From contig JBDRPZ010000043.1 of NCBI GenBank assembly GCA_043826585.1, positions 481 to 64,480 on the forward strand: DNA of 64,000 nucleotides, written 5' to 3'. This document shows, in pieces, positions 48,174 to 57,610 of the stretch. A model generated the notes under the pieces. The model was given only the letters and a program-made list of their open reading frames with translations. It was not told where the DNA came from and searched no databases. Source of the DNA: Pseudomonadota bacterium (lineage in GTDB: Bacteria > Pseudomonadota > Gammaproteobacteria > Burkholderiales > Gallionellaceae). How positions within the stretch are numbered: position 1 is the stretch's first letter; each line of letters begins with the position of its first letter. Position numbers and translations under genes: made by a program.

Positions 48174-48679
48174 TGTGCCCGTTCGAGTATCTCGTTCAGC
48201 TCAGGATCGGCACCGACCGCGCCGCCCAGGTCGATCTCATCGTCGGTCGCTTCGCGTATGGACAACACTTCCAGCATGAAGGTGACATCGCGGCCGCACA
48301 GCGGGTTGTTGCCGTCCACGGTCAGGGTCTGCTCGTCCATGCGGGTGACGATGAAGTTGCGCGGCTCGCCTTTCTCGTTCTCCATGGTGATGGTCATGCC
48401 GATCTCGCGGTATTCCTCGGGCACGTTCTCGATGCGGTCGGTGAATACCAGCGATTCGTCGCGCTCGCCGTAGAGTTGCCTGGTGTCTATGGGTACTTCG
48501 ATGATGTCGCCGACCTTTTTGCCATAGAGCTCTTTGGTCACTTCTTCGGACATCACGTCGTTCACGCCGTGCACATAGCCGATGGGGTAGTCCACGGTGA
48601 CCAGCACGTCGCCGGTCTTGTTGTCGATGACCCGGTAATTCAGTTCGACGAATTTTTCGTCTGCTATCGTTTCTGACAT
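48170..48679 (-). CDS. FKBP-type peptidyl-prolyl isomerase (SlyD-like, with IF insert, no His-rich tail)
   Basis: 169 aa from ATG 48679. Contains ...VELNYRVIDNKTGDVL... and ...NPLCGRDVTFMLEVLSIREAT... The 247-aa ORF is an upstream extension. Confidence 0.8.
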   Translation of the reverse strand: MSETIADEKFVELNYRVIDNKTGDVLVTVDYPIGYVHGVNDVMSEEVTKELYGKKVGDIIEVPIDTRQLYGERDESLVFTDRIENVPEEYREIGMTITMENEKGEPRNFIVTRMDEQTLTVDGNNPLCGRDVTFMLEVLSIREATDDEIDLGGAVGADPELNEILERAQ

Positions 48680-48695
48680 GTGTTGCTTCCTTGTC

Positions 48696-49046
48696 CTAGA
48701 ACAGCGTGGCGCCGAAGATCCTGACCTTGTCTTTCTCGTAACCGAGCACCAGTCGGCCCAGCCATTCGCCCGGTTTCTGCGAGCTTCTCTGTTTGTATAG
48801 CACGGTGACGTATTCGCCGCGGCGGATGATGCCCAGATATTCGTAGTCAGGCGACAGGGTCTTCGCCAGTTCGCTGCGGGCGAACTGCTTGCCCATCTCG
48901 ACTTCGTTGGCACCCGCGATGAAGGTGCTGGAGAAGTTGCGCGTGAACGCGCCGTAATTGCCTTCGTTCGAATACTTCACCAGATCCGCCCACATGGGAT
49001 TTGCGATCGCCAGTATCTCTTCGTCCTTCATTTCTATGATGTTCAT
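48696..49046 (-). CDS. hypothetical protein (116 aa)
   Basis: ATG 49046 has GGAG 9 nt upstream; the longest ORF starts at 49070. Family not recognised. Confidence 0.5.
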   Translation of the reverse strand: MNIIEMKDEEILAIANPMWADLVKYSNEGNYGAFTRNFSSTFIAGANEVEMGKQFARSELAKTLSPDYEYLGIIRRGEYVTVLYKQRSSQKPGEWLGRLVLGYEKDKVRIFGATLF

Positions 49047-49072
49047 CAACCAAACTCCATTCCTGCTCAAGA

Positions 49073-49112
49073 GATAAAAAGAGGACCAACATGCAACATG
49101 CCGGTCCTCTTT
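49073..49112 (-). terminator. rho-independent terminator after aprA
   Basis: Perfect 10-bp stem AAAGAGGACC / GGTCCTCTTT (49078-49087 / 49103-49112) with a 15-nt loop and a T-run on the minus strand. Confidence 0.6.
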
Positions 49113-49189
49113 AATGTACTACCAAGTTATCGCAAATACACTTGCGTAAGCCTGATTTTACAAAACCGGTAAATCAAGCCTGCGTTCGA

Positions 49190-49330
49190 CTAGTGATGGT
49201 CTACCGGCGGTGCCTTTTCCACATCGCCCACCAGGTGGTAGAGCGGTGCTTTCTCCATGGTGTACTCGCCGGTCTTGGGATCGCGGCGGGACACGGTGAG
49301 CACGAGCCAGTTCTGGTCGTCCAGCTACAT
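49190..49330 (-). other. in-frame continuation of aprA (ATG, TAG, then 45 sense codons) encoding an AprA-like C-terminus
   Basis: Same frame as aprA: M-TAG-LDDQNWLVLTVSRRDPKTGEYTMEKAPLYHLVGDVEKAPPVDHH-TAG (stop at 49190-49192). Confidence 0.75.
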
Positions 49331-51082
49331 CTAGTCGCCGCGAGAGTAGTAGCCCGGCCAGCGGGTCTCATCGCGGAACAGGGTGTGATGGAACACGCTT
49401 TCCGAAGTCAGGAAGCGATGCTTCAGTTCCCATGCACGCAGCAGTTCATGGATATCGGAAGCGGCAACATTCTCCAGATCCTCGCCCAGGATGGACATCT
49501 TCTTCAGGCCGATGTTGAGCAACTTGTCGTTGGTCATGTAGTTGACGCCGAAACCAGCGCAATACTCGTCCATCAACTTCTGCAGACGGTCCAGACCCTG
49601 ACGCGGGTTGATGAAGTTGGGGTTGACGGTACCGGCCACCACTTCATTGCTGTACACGCGATAGGTTTCCAGCGGCTTGTAGATCTGCTCGCGGCGGCGC
49701 TCGATCTGCGCGGAAGACACGCGGATACCTTCTGCCTTGCCGTCGTCGATGTACTTGCATGCTGCCTTGGCTGCCAGACGACCTTCGGTGAAGGAGCCGG
49801 AGGAGAACGCGTGCGGTGTACCGCCGACCGCGTCACCGGCACCGAACAGACCTTCGATGGTGGTCATGCGGTTGTAGCCCCAGAAGTATTCGGTCGGGGA
49901 GATGTCTTCCGGACCGGAACACCATGCGCCGCAACCGGTGGCGTGTGAACCCATCACATACGGCTCGGAGGTGGTCAGCTCGGGGTTCTCGTACTTGGGG
50001 TCCACGTCGGTGGCGGCCCACAGCACGGCCTGGCCCACGGTCATGCCGAGGAAGTTGTGCCAGCCGATCTCTTCCAGATGCGGATCCTGGAAGGCTTCCA
50101 TGGTGACCATGTGGATCGGACCGCGACCGGCGTTCACCTCGTTGATGATGGCGTGGTTACGCAAACAGGTCGGGATCGGACGGTGCGTGCGGTGGGACAC
50201 TTCCGGATCCAGATATTCCTTGCCCACCATTTGCTGCAGTGCCGGGAACCACTTGGATTCGTACTCTTCACCATAGGCGTTCTGGGTGTAGGTCTTGAGG
50301 TGCAGGAAGTAGGCACCGACCGGGCCGTAACCATCCTTGAAGCGGGCCAGCACGATACGGTTTTCCATCTGGGTCATCTTGGCGCCGGCTTCGATCATCA
50401 GACCGTAAGCGGAACCGGAAGACCACGGTGCGTACCAGACGCGGCCTGCACCTTCGCCGACGGAACGCGGCTTGAAGATGTTGGAGGCGCCGCCTGCACC
50501 GCAGATCACGGCCTTGGATTTGAACACGTGGTAGTTGCCCGTGCGCACGTTGAAGCCCACGGCACCGGCGACGCGGTTCTCTTTGGACTCGTCCATCAGC
50601 AGGTGGGTCACGCAGATGCGGTTGAACACCTTGTCGGCGGACTTCTTGGCGGCCTCGGCCACGATGGGCTTGTAGGATTCACCGTGGATCATGATCTGCC
50701 AGCGGCCTTCACGCAGGAACGAACCCTTTTTCTCGTCGCGCATGATGGGCAGGCCCCATTCTTCGAAGTTGTGCACGGTGGAGTCGACGTGGCGAGCCAT
50801 GTCGAACAGCAGGTCTTCGCGCACCATGCCCATCAGGTCGATACGCGCATAGCGCACATGGTCCTCGGGATTGTTCTCGCCGAAGCGTGTGCCCATGTAG
50901 CAGTTGATCGCATACAGGCCTTGCGCCACCGCGCCGGAACGCATGATGTTCGCTTTCTCGGCGATGACGATCTTTTTGTTCTGGCCCCAATATCTCGCCT
51001 CGAATGCCGCGCCTGTACCGCCCAGACCGGCACCGACCACCAGGATGTCGATATTGTCTTCAATGATAGTCGAGTAGCTCAT
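49331..51082 (-). CDS. aprA: adenylylsulfate (APS) reductase alpha subunit AprA, truncated as sequenced by TAG at 49331-49333
   Basis: 583-aa ORF. FAD motif ILVVGAGLGGTGAAFEA and an AprA-like body through ...FRDETRWPGYYSRGD. The full-length frame is 49190..51082 (631 codons) and contains two TAG codons. Confidence 0.9.
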   Translation of the reverse strand: MSYSTIIEDNIDILVVGAGLGGTGAAFEARYWGQNKKIVIAEKANIMRSGAVAQGLYAINCYMGTRFGENNPEDHVRYARIDLMGMVREDLLFDMARHVDSTVHNFEEWGLPIMRDEKKGSFLREGRWQIMIHGESYKPIVAEAAKKSADKVFNRICVTHLLMDESKENRVAGAVGFNVRTGNYHVFKSKAVICGAGGASNIFKPRSVGEGAGRVWYAPWSSGSAYGLMIEAGAKMTQMENRIVLARFKDGYGPVGAYFLHLKTYTQNAYGEEYESKWFPALQQMVGKEYLDPEVSHRTHRPIPTCLRNHAIINEVNAGRGPIHMVTMEAFQDPHLEEIGWHNFLGMTVGQAVLWAATDVDPKYENPELTTSEPYVMGSHATGCGAWCSGPEDISPTEYFWGYNRMTTIEGLFGAGDAVGGTPHAFSSGSFTEGRLAAKAACKYIDDGKAEGIRVSSAQIERRREQIYKPLETYRVYSNEVVAGTVNPNFINPRQGLDRLQKLMDEYCAGFGVNYMTNDKLLNIGLKKMSILGEDLENVAASDIHELLRAWELKHRFLTSESVFHHTLFRDETRWPGYYSRGD

Positions 51083-51564
51083 CAGTATTGCACTCCCTCT
51101 TTGATTTCCAGGCCATTGGATTCCAGTGTGTGCAGACCACCGTCATCCATACGGATATATTTCGGTTCGTTGAACAGCAACTGGCTGTCGCGCATCTCCT
51201 TGCTCGGTGCGGGCACCTTGCCGAGGTCGGGCGTGGCCGAGCCCCAGGGCTTGGTGGTGATCGGGGCGAGCAGCTCCATGTCTTTCTTGCCGTTGCGGAA
51301 CTTGATGCGCCACGCAATCGTGCCTTTCTCTTCGTCGCGGATCACGCGGACGCTGTGGCCCAACGGGGCGAAGTCGGCATAGCCGCGCACGTCGATGGCC
51401 TGGTGCGGGCAGGCTTTCACGCAGGAGTAGCACTCCCAGCACATGTTCGGTTCGATGTTGTAGGCACGACGCAGCTTCTTGTCGATGTGCATGATGTCGG
51501 AAGGGCAGATGTCGACGCATTCCCCACAGCCATCACAACGAGTCATATATACAAAGGTTGGCAT
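51082..51564 (-). CDS. aprB: APS reductase beta subunit AprB
   Basis: 160 aa. MPTFVYMTRCDGCGECVDICP and CWECYSCVKACP 4Fe-4S motifs plus the AprB C-terminal tail. The stop overlaps the aprA ATG. Confidence 0.95.
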   Translation of the reverse strand: MPTFVYMTRCDGCGECVDICPSDIMHIDKKLRRAYNIEPNMCWECYSCVKACPHQAIDVRGYADFAPLGHSVRVIRDEEKGTIAWRIKFRNGKKDMELLAPITTKPWGSATPDLGKVPAPSKEMRDSQLLFNEPKYIRMDDGGLHTLESNGLEIKEGVQY

Positions 51565-51591
51565 ATCGATTTCCTCTAGTTTCGTAGATGG

Positions 51592-52428
51592 TTAGTAGTG
51601 GTTCGGGCGCTCGGCCTTGATGCACAGCCCCATGTTGGGCGGGTTCTTGCCCATGTACATCGGGACGTCCGGGAATTTGCGCTGTACTTCGGGATCGGTC
51701 AGGTCGTAGTCCGGCGGCAGGTTTTCGCGTGAGCCGTCGGCCACTGTGATCTTCTTCTGGTGTGCTGCAGCAGGCTTGAAGAACATGTGCGCGAACTTGG
51801 ACCAGTACACGCCGCCGAACAGCACGGTACTGGACAAGATGAACAGGGCGAACGGGATGCCCAGTCCGCCGCCGGTGAACGACCAGATCAAGGCGAATGT
51901 CGCGGTGGCAAGCAGCGACAGGATGAACAGGTCGGCGCGCTCGACGCGGAAGCAGGGCAGGCCTTCCGCCGAGACATCGACGCGGATGAAGAACCAGAAC
52001 CAGTAGCCGCCGATGGCCAGCATCAGTGCGCCCAGATGCCAGAGTTGAGGCAGGATGGCGGGGGTGGTTGAGCCGGGCGCGGTATAGCCGAAGATCATGA
52101 TCGCTGTGGTCGCGGCGAAGATGATGAAACCGTACATGGTCAGCAGGTGGGACATGCGGCGACGCGGATTGCTGAATTCGCCGGAGGTCAGCACTTCATG
52201 CGCCAGCACTGAAGCGGCGATTACGGCCTTCTCGCCGCCACTCACGGTACGCTTGGCGTTCTTCTGAGCTTTCTTGGCATTCTCGAAAAAGTACTTGGCG
52301 CTTTTCTTGTGCATCATGTCCAGTATCGTCCCGCCCATGACCAGCAGGACCATAAGAACGATATATCCCTGCATCATCGCTGGGGATATGACATCTGAAA
52401 GTGCGGCAAAGAGGTTGCTCGTCAACAT
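51592..52428 (-). CDS. aprM: AprM-like membrane anchor of APS reductase
   Basis: 278 aa, about 5 TM helices, located between sat and aprB as in sat-aprMBA operons of sulfur oxidisers. AAGGAGA RBS. Confidence 0.65.
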   Translation of the reverse strand: MLTSNLFAALSDVISPAMMQGYIVLMVLLVMGGTILDMMHKKSAKYFFENAKKAQKNAKRTVSGGEKAVIAASVLAHEVLTSGEFSNPRRRMSHLLTMYGFIIFAATTAIMIFGYTAPGSTTPAILPQLWHLGALMLAIGGYWFWFFIRVDVSAEGLPCFRVERADLFILSLLATATFALIWSFTGGGLGIPFALFILSSTVLFGGVYWSKFAHMFFKPAAAHQKKITVADGSRENLPPDYDLTDPEVQRKFPDVPMYMGKNPPNMGLCIKAERPNHY

Positions 52429-52491
52429 CAGGTTCTCCTTAGTAATTATTACTTTTCAAAATCAGACCGAACAAAAGAGGTGTCCCTCAGG

Positions 52492-53667
52492 CTATCCGCT
52501 ATTCAATCCCGCGTAGTACTTGCGCAATATATCCAGCACTTCGGGGCGGCTGAATTCCGCCGGCACTTCTTCGCCTTCGGAAAGCATCTTGCGCAACTGG
52601 GTGCCGGACACCTGCAGACGGTCGTCGTCGCCATGCGGGCAGGTGCGCGCCGAGGCCATGCCGCCGCACTTGTAGCACCAGAAGGAGACGTCGATCTTCA
52701 GTGCCTGGGTCTCCAGTGCGTCCTTGGGGATCTTGTCGAAGATGTGGTGTGCGTCGAAGGGACCGTAGTATTTGCCGACGCCCGCGTGGTCGCGACCGAC
52801 GATCAGGTGTGAGCAGCCGTAGTTCTGGCGGAACAGCGCATGCAGCAGCGCTTCGCGCGGGCCGGCATAACGCATGTCCAGCGGGTAGCCGGATTGCACC
52901 ACGGTCTTGCCGACGAAGTAGTTCTGGGTCAGCGCGATGATGGCGTGGGTGCGCACCTCGGCCGGTATGTCGCCCGGTTTGAGGTTGCCGAGCAGGGAGT
53001 GGATCATCACGCCGTCGCACACCTCGATGGCGATCTTGGCCAGATACTCGTGCGAACGGTGCATGGGGTTGCGCGTCTGGAAGGCGGCGACCTTGCTCCA
53101 GCCCATCTCTGTGAACAGCGCGCGCGTCTCTTGCGGCGTCATGTACATCGCGCCGTATTTCTGCGGGAAGCCGCCTTGCGACAACACCTTCACCGGTCCG
53201 GCCAGATTCACCTCGCCCTGTTCCATCACCATTTTCACACCGGGATGTTCAAGATCGGTGGTGCCGAATACGGTGGCGCATTCGTGCGCCTTGTCTATGG
53301 TGTATTTCTCGGTCACCTGCATGGTGGCGAGGATGCTGCCGTCGTCCGGGTCGACCAGCGAGATGTAGTTGCCGGTGGGGATGGCGTCGGCTGTGGACTT
53401 GTCGGTAGAAAGGGTGATGGGGATGGGCCAGAACAGGCCGTTGGTGAGCGTCATGCCGTCGCAGACACCTTGCCAGTCGGCGTGGCTCATGAAACCGTCC
53501 AGCGGTGTGAAGCCGCCTATGCCGAGCATGATGAGGTCGCCTTTTTCGCGAGAACTCACTGTTACTTTGGGGTAACTACGTGCCCGATTCAACTCTGCTA
53601 TCAGATCTTCTCCCACTAGCAATAGTGGTTTGAGATCTTTCCCGCCATGCGGGTTTACCAATGCCAT
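52492..53667 (-). CDS. sat: sulfate adenylyltransferase (dissimilatory ATP sulfurylase) Sat
   Basis: 391 aa with motifs ...[13 protein letters not shown]... and ...[11 protein letters not shown]... Confidence 0.95.
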   Translation of the reverse strand: MALVNPHGGKDLKPLLLVGEDLIAELNRARSYPKVTVSSREKGDLIMLGIGGFTPLDGFMSHADWQGVCDGMTLTNGLFWPIPITLSTDKSTADAIPTGNYISLVDPDDGSILATMQVTEKYTIDKAHECATVFGTTDLEHPGVKMVMEQGEVNLAGPVKVLSQGGFPQKYGAMYMTPQETRALFTEMGWSKVAAFQTRNPMHRSHEYLAKIAIEVCDGVMIHSLLGNLKPGDIPAEVRTHAIIALTQNYFVGKTVVQSGYPLDMRYAGPREALLHALFRQNYGCSHLIVGRDHAGVGKYYGPFDAHHIFDKIPKDALETQALKIDVSFWCYKCGGMASARTCPHGDDDRLQVSGTQLRKMLSEGEEVPAEFSRPEVLDILRKYYAGLNSG

Positions 53668-53946
53668 AAAGCCTCCCTGTTGGGTCTAGCTACGGATGGA
53701 ACAACGTCGAAATTTCAGGTGCGGACAGTAGAGGAACATCACGCTGGAGGCGATACCCCTCATGGGTTGAGGGTCACACCCCCCATAGGGGTTATGTCTT
53801 TCCCCCTCATCACGGCTATGGCAGCACTGGCGCTGGATACGCATACTTCGGCACCTGAAAGATTGAGTAATTTCGTAGGGCAGCGGCACACGAAAAATAA
53901 AGTGTTGCGCCCCGATAAAACGATCAACCCATACAAGATTCTGCCC

Positions 53947-56862
53947 ATGTCATCGACACCATTGCACGACCCATTGGCGCCGCCGGTTGCTGGCGCCACG
54001 ACCGAGATCAAGAAGACCACCTGCTATATGTGCGCATGCCGCTGCGGTATCCGCGTGCATCTGCGCAACGGCGAGGTGCGTTACATCGACGGCAACCCCG
54101 ACCACCCGCTGAATGGCGGCGTGATCTGTGCCAAGGGTTCCTCGGGCATCATGAAGCAGTATTCTCCGGCGCGTCTGACCAAGCCGCTGCGCCGCAAGCC
54201 GGGCACCGAGCGTGGTGCGGGCGAGTTCGAAGAGATCAGCTGGGAAGAGACGTTCACGCTGCTCGCTGATCGTCTCGGTGAGTTGCGTGCGACCGATCCG
54301 AAGAAGTTCGCACTGTTCACCGGCCGCGACCAGATGCAGGCGCTGACCGGCATGTTCGCGCGCCAGTTCGGCACGCCGAACTATGCGGCACACGGCGGCT
54401 TCTGCTCGGTCAACATGGCGGCCGGCATGATCTACACCATCGGTGGTTCGTTCTGGGAATTCGGCGGTCCCGACCTGGAGCGTTCCAAGCTGTTCATCAT
54501 GATCGGCACGGCGGAAGACCACCACTCCAATCCGATGAAAGTGTCGCTGGCCAAGTTCAAACGCGAGGGTGGCCGTTTCATCTCCATCAATCCGGTGCGC
54601 ACCGGCTATTCCGCCATCGCCGACGAGTGGGTGCCCATCCGTCCCGGTACCGACGGCGCGCTGTTCCTCGCCATCATCCGCGAGTTGATCGAGCTGGGGC
54701 TGTACGACCGCGAGTTCCTGGTGCGCTACACCAACTCCGGCCAGCTGGTGAACCTGGATGCGGAACACGACGAGTTCGGCATGTTCGTGCGCACCGAGGT
54801 GCCGGAAGAAGAGGGCTGTTACGACCCGCAGAACAAACTGTGGTGGGACCGTAACACCAACAAGCCGGTGGTGACCCATACCGAAGGCGCCGATCCTTTC
54901 CTGCGCGGCGAATTCAAGTTGAGCGACGGCACGCCGGTGAAGCCCGCGTTCCAGTTGTTGAAGGATCGTGTCGCGGAGTACACGCCCGAGTGGGCGGAAG
55001 GCGTAACCGGCATTCCGGCCGACACCATCCGTCGTCTGGCGCACGAGATGGGCATTACCGCCCGCGACCAGAAGATCGAACTGCCGATCGCCTGGACGGA
55101 CAGCTGGGGCAAGGAACACCAGACGGTCACCGGCAATCCGGTGTCTTTCCACGCCATGCGCGGACTGGCTGCGCACTCCAACGGTGTCCATACCATCCGT
55201 GCGTTGTCCATCCTGATGACCTTGCTGGGCACCATCGACCGTCCGGGCGGTTTCCGTCACAAGACACCGTTCCCGCGTCCGATCCCGCCTTGTGCACGTC
55301 CGCCCAACGACCCGCGCGCGGTGCAGCCGAACACACCGCTGGACGGCATGCCGTTGGGTTGGCCTGCCGATCCGGACGATCTGTTCGTGGACAAGGAAGG
55401 CGAAGCGGTACGTATCGACAAGGGTTTTTCATGGGAATACCCGCTGTCGGCGCATGGCCTGATGCACAACGTGATCACCAACGCATGGCGCGGTGATCCG
55501 TACAAGATCGACACGCTGCTGCTGTTCATGGCCAACATGGCATGGAACTCCACCATGAACACCAGCGAAGTGCGCAAGATGCTCACCGACAAGGACGAGA
55601 ACGGCGAGTACAAGATCCCCAATATCGTGGTGTGCGACGCCTTCCATTCCGAGACGACTGCATTTGCCGATCTGATCCTGCCGGACACGACCTATCTGGA
55701 GCGTCATGACGTGATGTCCATGCTGGATAGGCCGATCTCCGAGTTTGACGGTCCGGTGGATTCGGTACGCATCCCTGTGATGCCGCGTACCGGTGATTGC
55801 CTGCCGTTCCAGGAGGTGTTGATCGAACTGGGTACGCGCTTGAAGTTGCCTGCATTCGTGACGCAGGACGGCGCACGCAAGTATCGTGACTATCCCGACT
55901 TCATCGTCAACTGGGAGACTGCACCGGGTTCCGGCATCGGTTTCCTGTCCGGCTGGCGCGGCAAGGGCGGCGAGAAGAGCATGAAGGGCGAGCCGAACCC
56001 GAACCAGTGGGAGATGTACGCCAAGAACGACTGTGTGCACCATGAGGTGTTGCCACGCTCTTACCAGTTCATGCGCAACTGGAATCAGGGCTATCTGGAA
56101 TGGTCGCAGCGCAACGGTATCACGCGCTATGCCGAGCCCATCCTCATCCACCTGTATTCCGAGGTGATGCAGAAGTTCCGTCTGGCCGCGCAGGGCAAGA
56201 GCATCACGCGCCAGCCGCCCAAGCATCTGGCCAAGCGCGTCGAGACCTATTTCGATCCGCTGCCGTTCTACTACGAACCGTTGGAGACGCAAGCCAGCGA
56301 CAAGCAGAAGTATCCGCTGTCCGCCGTGACACAACGCCCGATGGCGATGTATCACTCGTGGGATTCGCAGAACGCATGGTTGCGTCAGATCCACGCACAC
56401 AACTATCTGTATGTGAATGCGCTGACCGCGAAGAATGCGGGCATCGGCGACGGCGACTGGATCTGGTGCGAATCGCAATGGGGTAAGGTGCGCTGCATGG
56501 CGCGCTATAGCGAGTCGGTGGAGCCAGGCACGGTGTGGACCTGGAACGCCATCGGCAAGGCTGCCGGTGCGTGGAACCTGACGCCCGATGCGAACGAATC
56601 GCAGCAGGGTTTCCTGCTCAATCACCTGATCTCGGAAGAATTGCCGAAGCAGGCGGACGGTTCGCGCTTCTCCAACTCCGACCCGATCACTGGGCCGGCA
56701 GCCTGGTATGACGTGCGTGTTCGTATCTACAAGGCGGAAGAGGGCGAGCCGCAACAGACCTCGCCGCAGTTCCCACCCATGAAGAAATATCCCGGTATGA
56801 AAGATGCGCCGACCTGGTTGGCCTACTTGGCGGGAGCAAGAAAGAAAGGCGGTGCGAAATGA
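53947..56862 (+). CDS. soeA: molybdopterin subunit of cytoplasm-facing sulfite:quinone oxidoreductase, SoeA-like
   Basis: 971 aa from ATG 53947. N-terminal Fe-S motif CYMCACRCGIRVH with no twin-arginine signal. bis-MGD oxidoreductase body. The ORF-track start at 53647 is an upstream extension. Confidence 0.8.
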   Translation: MSSTPLHDPLAPPVAGATTEIKKTTCYMCACRCGIRVHLRNGEVRYIDGNPDHPLNGGVICAKGSSGIMKQYSPARLTKPLRRKPGTERGAGEFEEISWEETFTLLADRLGELRATDPKKFALFTGRDQMQALTGMFARQFGTPNYAAHGGFCSVNMAAGMIYTIGGSFWEFGGPDLERSKLFIMIGTAEDHHSNPMKVSLAKFKREGGRFISINPVRTGYSAIADEWVPIRPGTDGALFLAIIRELIELGLYDREFLVRYTNSGQLVNLDAEHDEFGMFVRTEVPEEEGCYDPQNKLWWDRNTNKPVVTHTEGADPFLRGEFKLSDGTPVKPAFQLLKDRVAEYTPEWAEGVTGIPADTIRRLAHEMGITARDQKIELPIAWTDSWGKEHQTVTGNPVSFHAMRGLAAHSNGVHTIRALSILMTLLGTIDRPGGFRHKTPFPRPIPPCARPPNDPRAVQPNTPLDGMPLGWPADPDDLFVDKEGEAVRIDKGFSWEYPLSAHGLMHNVITNAWRGDPYKIDTLLLFMANMAWNSTMNTSEVRKMLTDKDENGEYKIPNIVVCDAFHSETTAFADLILPDTTYLERHDVMSMLDRPISEFDGPVDSVRIPVMPRTGDCLPFQEVLIELGTRLKLPAFVTQDGARKYRDYPDFIVNWETAPGSGIGFLSGWRGKGGEKSMKGEPNPNQWEMYAKNDCVHHEVLPRSYQFMRNWNQGYLEWSQRNGITRYAEPILIHLYSEVMQKFRLAAQGKSITRQPPKHLAKRVETYFDPLPFYYEPLETQASDKQKYPLSAVTQRPMAMYHSWDSQNAWLRQIHAHNYLYVNALTAKNAGIGDGDWIWCESQWGKVRCMARYSESVEPGTVWTWNAIGKAAGAWNLTPDANESQQGFLLNHLISEELPKQADGSRFSNSDPITGPAAWYDVRVRIYKAEEGEPQQTSPQFPPMKKYPGMKDAPTWLAYLAGARKKGGAK

Positions 56863-57590
56863 CACAGCTCGCATTGGTGATCGATTTGAACGTGTGCGTG
56901 GGTTGTAGCGCCTGCGTGACCAGTTGCAAGGAATGGAACACTTCCGGCTCGGCCGGCCCGCTGGTGGATGAGCGCCCCTACGGCGAGAATCCGACCGGTA
57001 CGTTCTTCAATCGTGTGCAGACCTATGAGATGGGCACGTTCCCGAACAGCGAGACGATGCACTTTCCGAAATCCTGCCTGCATTGCGAAGACCCGCCGTG
57101 CGTGCCGGTGTGCCCGACCGGCGCTTCCTACAAGCGCAAGGAAGACGGCATCGTGCTGGTGGATTACGACAAGTGCATCGGTTGCAAATATTGCTCCTGG
57201 GCGTGCCCTTACGGCGCGCGCGAGATCGACGAGAAACAGAAGGTGATGAAGAAGTGCACCCTGTGCGTGGACCGCATCTACGACATGACCATGCCGGAAG
57301 AGGATCGCAAGCCTTCCTGTGTGAAGGCGTGCCCGACCAGTGCGCGTCTGTTCGGTGATATCCATGATCCGGAATCCGAGGTGTCGCAGGCCATCCGCGA
57401 GGACGGCGGCTACGCGCTGATGCCGGAGTGGGGTACGCATCCTTCCAATCACTATCTGCCGCGTCGCAAGACCAAAATGAAGATCCATGCCGACGAACTG
57501 GAGCGCGCCGACAATCCGCTCAAACTCGATCAGCAATTGCCCAAGCCGGACAAGGATCAGTCGACAATGGACGACGTGTCGGCCTGGTAA
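56859..57590 (+). CDS. soeB: 4Fe-4S ferredoxin subunit, SoeB-like
   Basis: 243 aa. MTQLALVIDLNVCVGCSACVTSC and three further Cys clusters. ATGA overlap with soeA. Confidence 0.8.
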   Translation: MTQLALVIDLNVCVGCSACVTSCKEWNTSGSAGPLVDERPYGENPTGTFFNRVQTYEMGTFPNSETMHFPKSCLHCEDPPCVPVCPTGASYKRKEDGIVLVDYDKCIGCKYCSWACPYGAREIDEKQKVMKKCTLCVDRIYDMTMPEEDRKPSCVKACPTSARLFGDIHDPESEVSQAIREDGGYALMPEWGTHPSNHYLPRRKTKMKIHADELERADNPLKLDQQLPKPDKDQSTMDDVSAW

Positions 57591-57610
57591 CCAGAACTTA
57601 GCGAGAAATT

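Noticed and set aside
49325-49333. Pyrrolysine decoding as the explanation for the two aprA TAG codons.
   Set aside because: No pyl genes or tRNA-CUA are visible in this window, and Pyl is not expected in this kind of organism. I therefore report it only as a hypothesis to exclude, not as an annotation.
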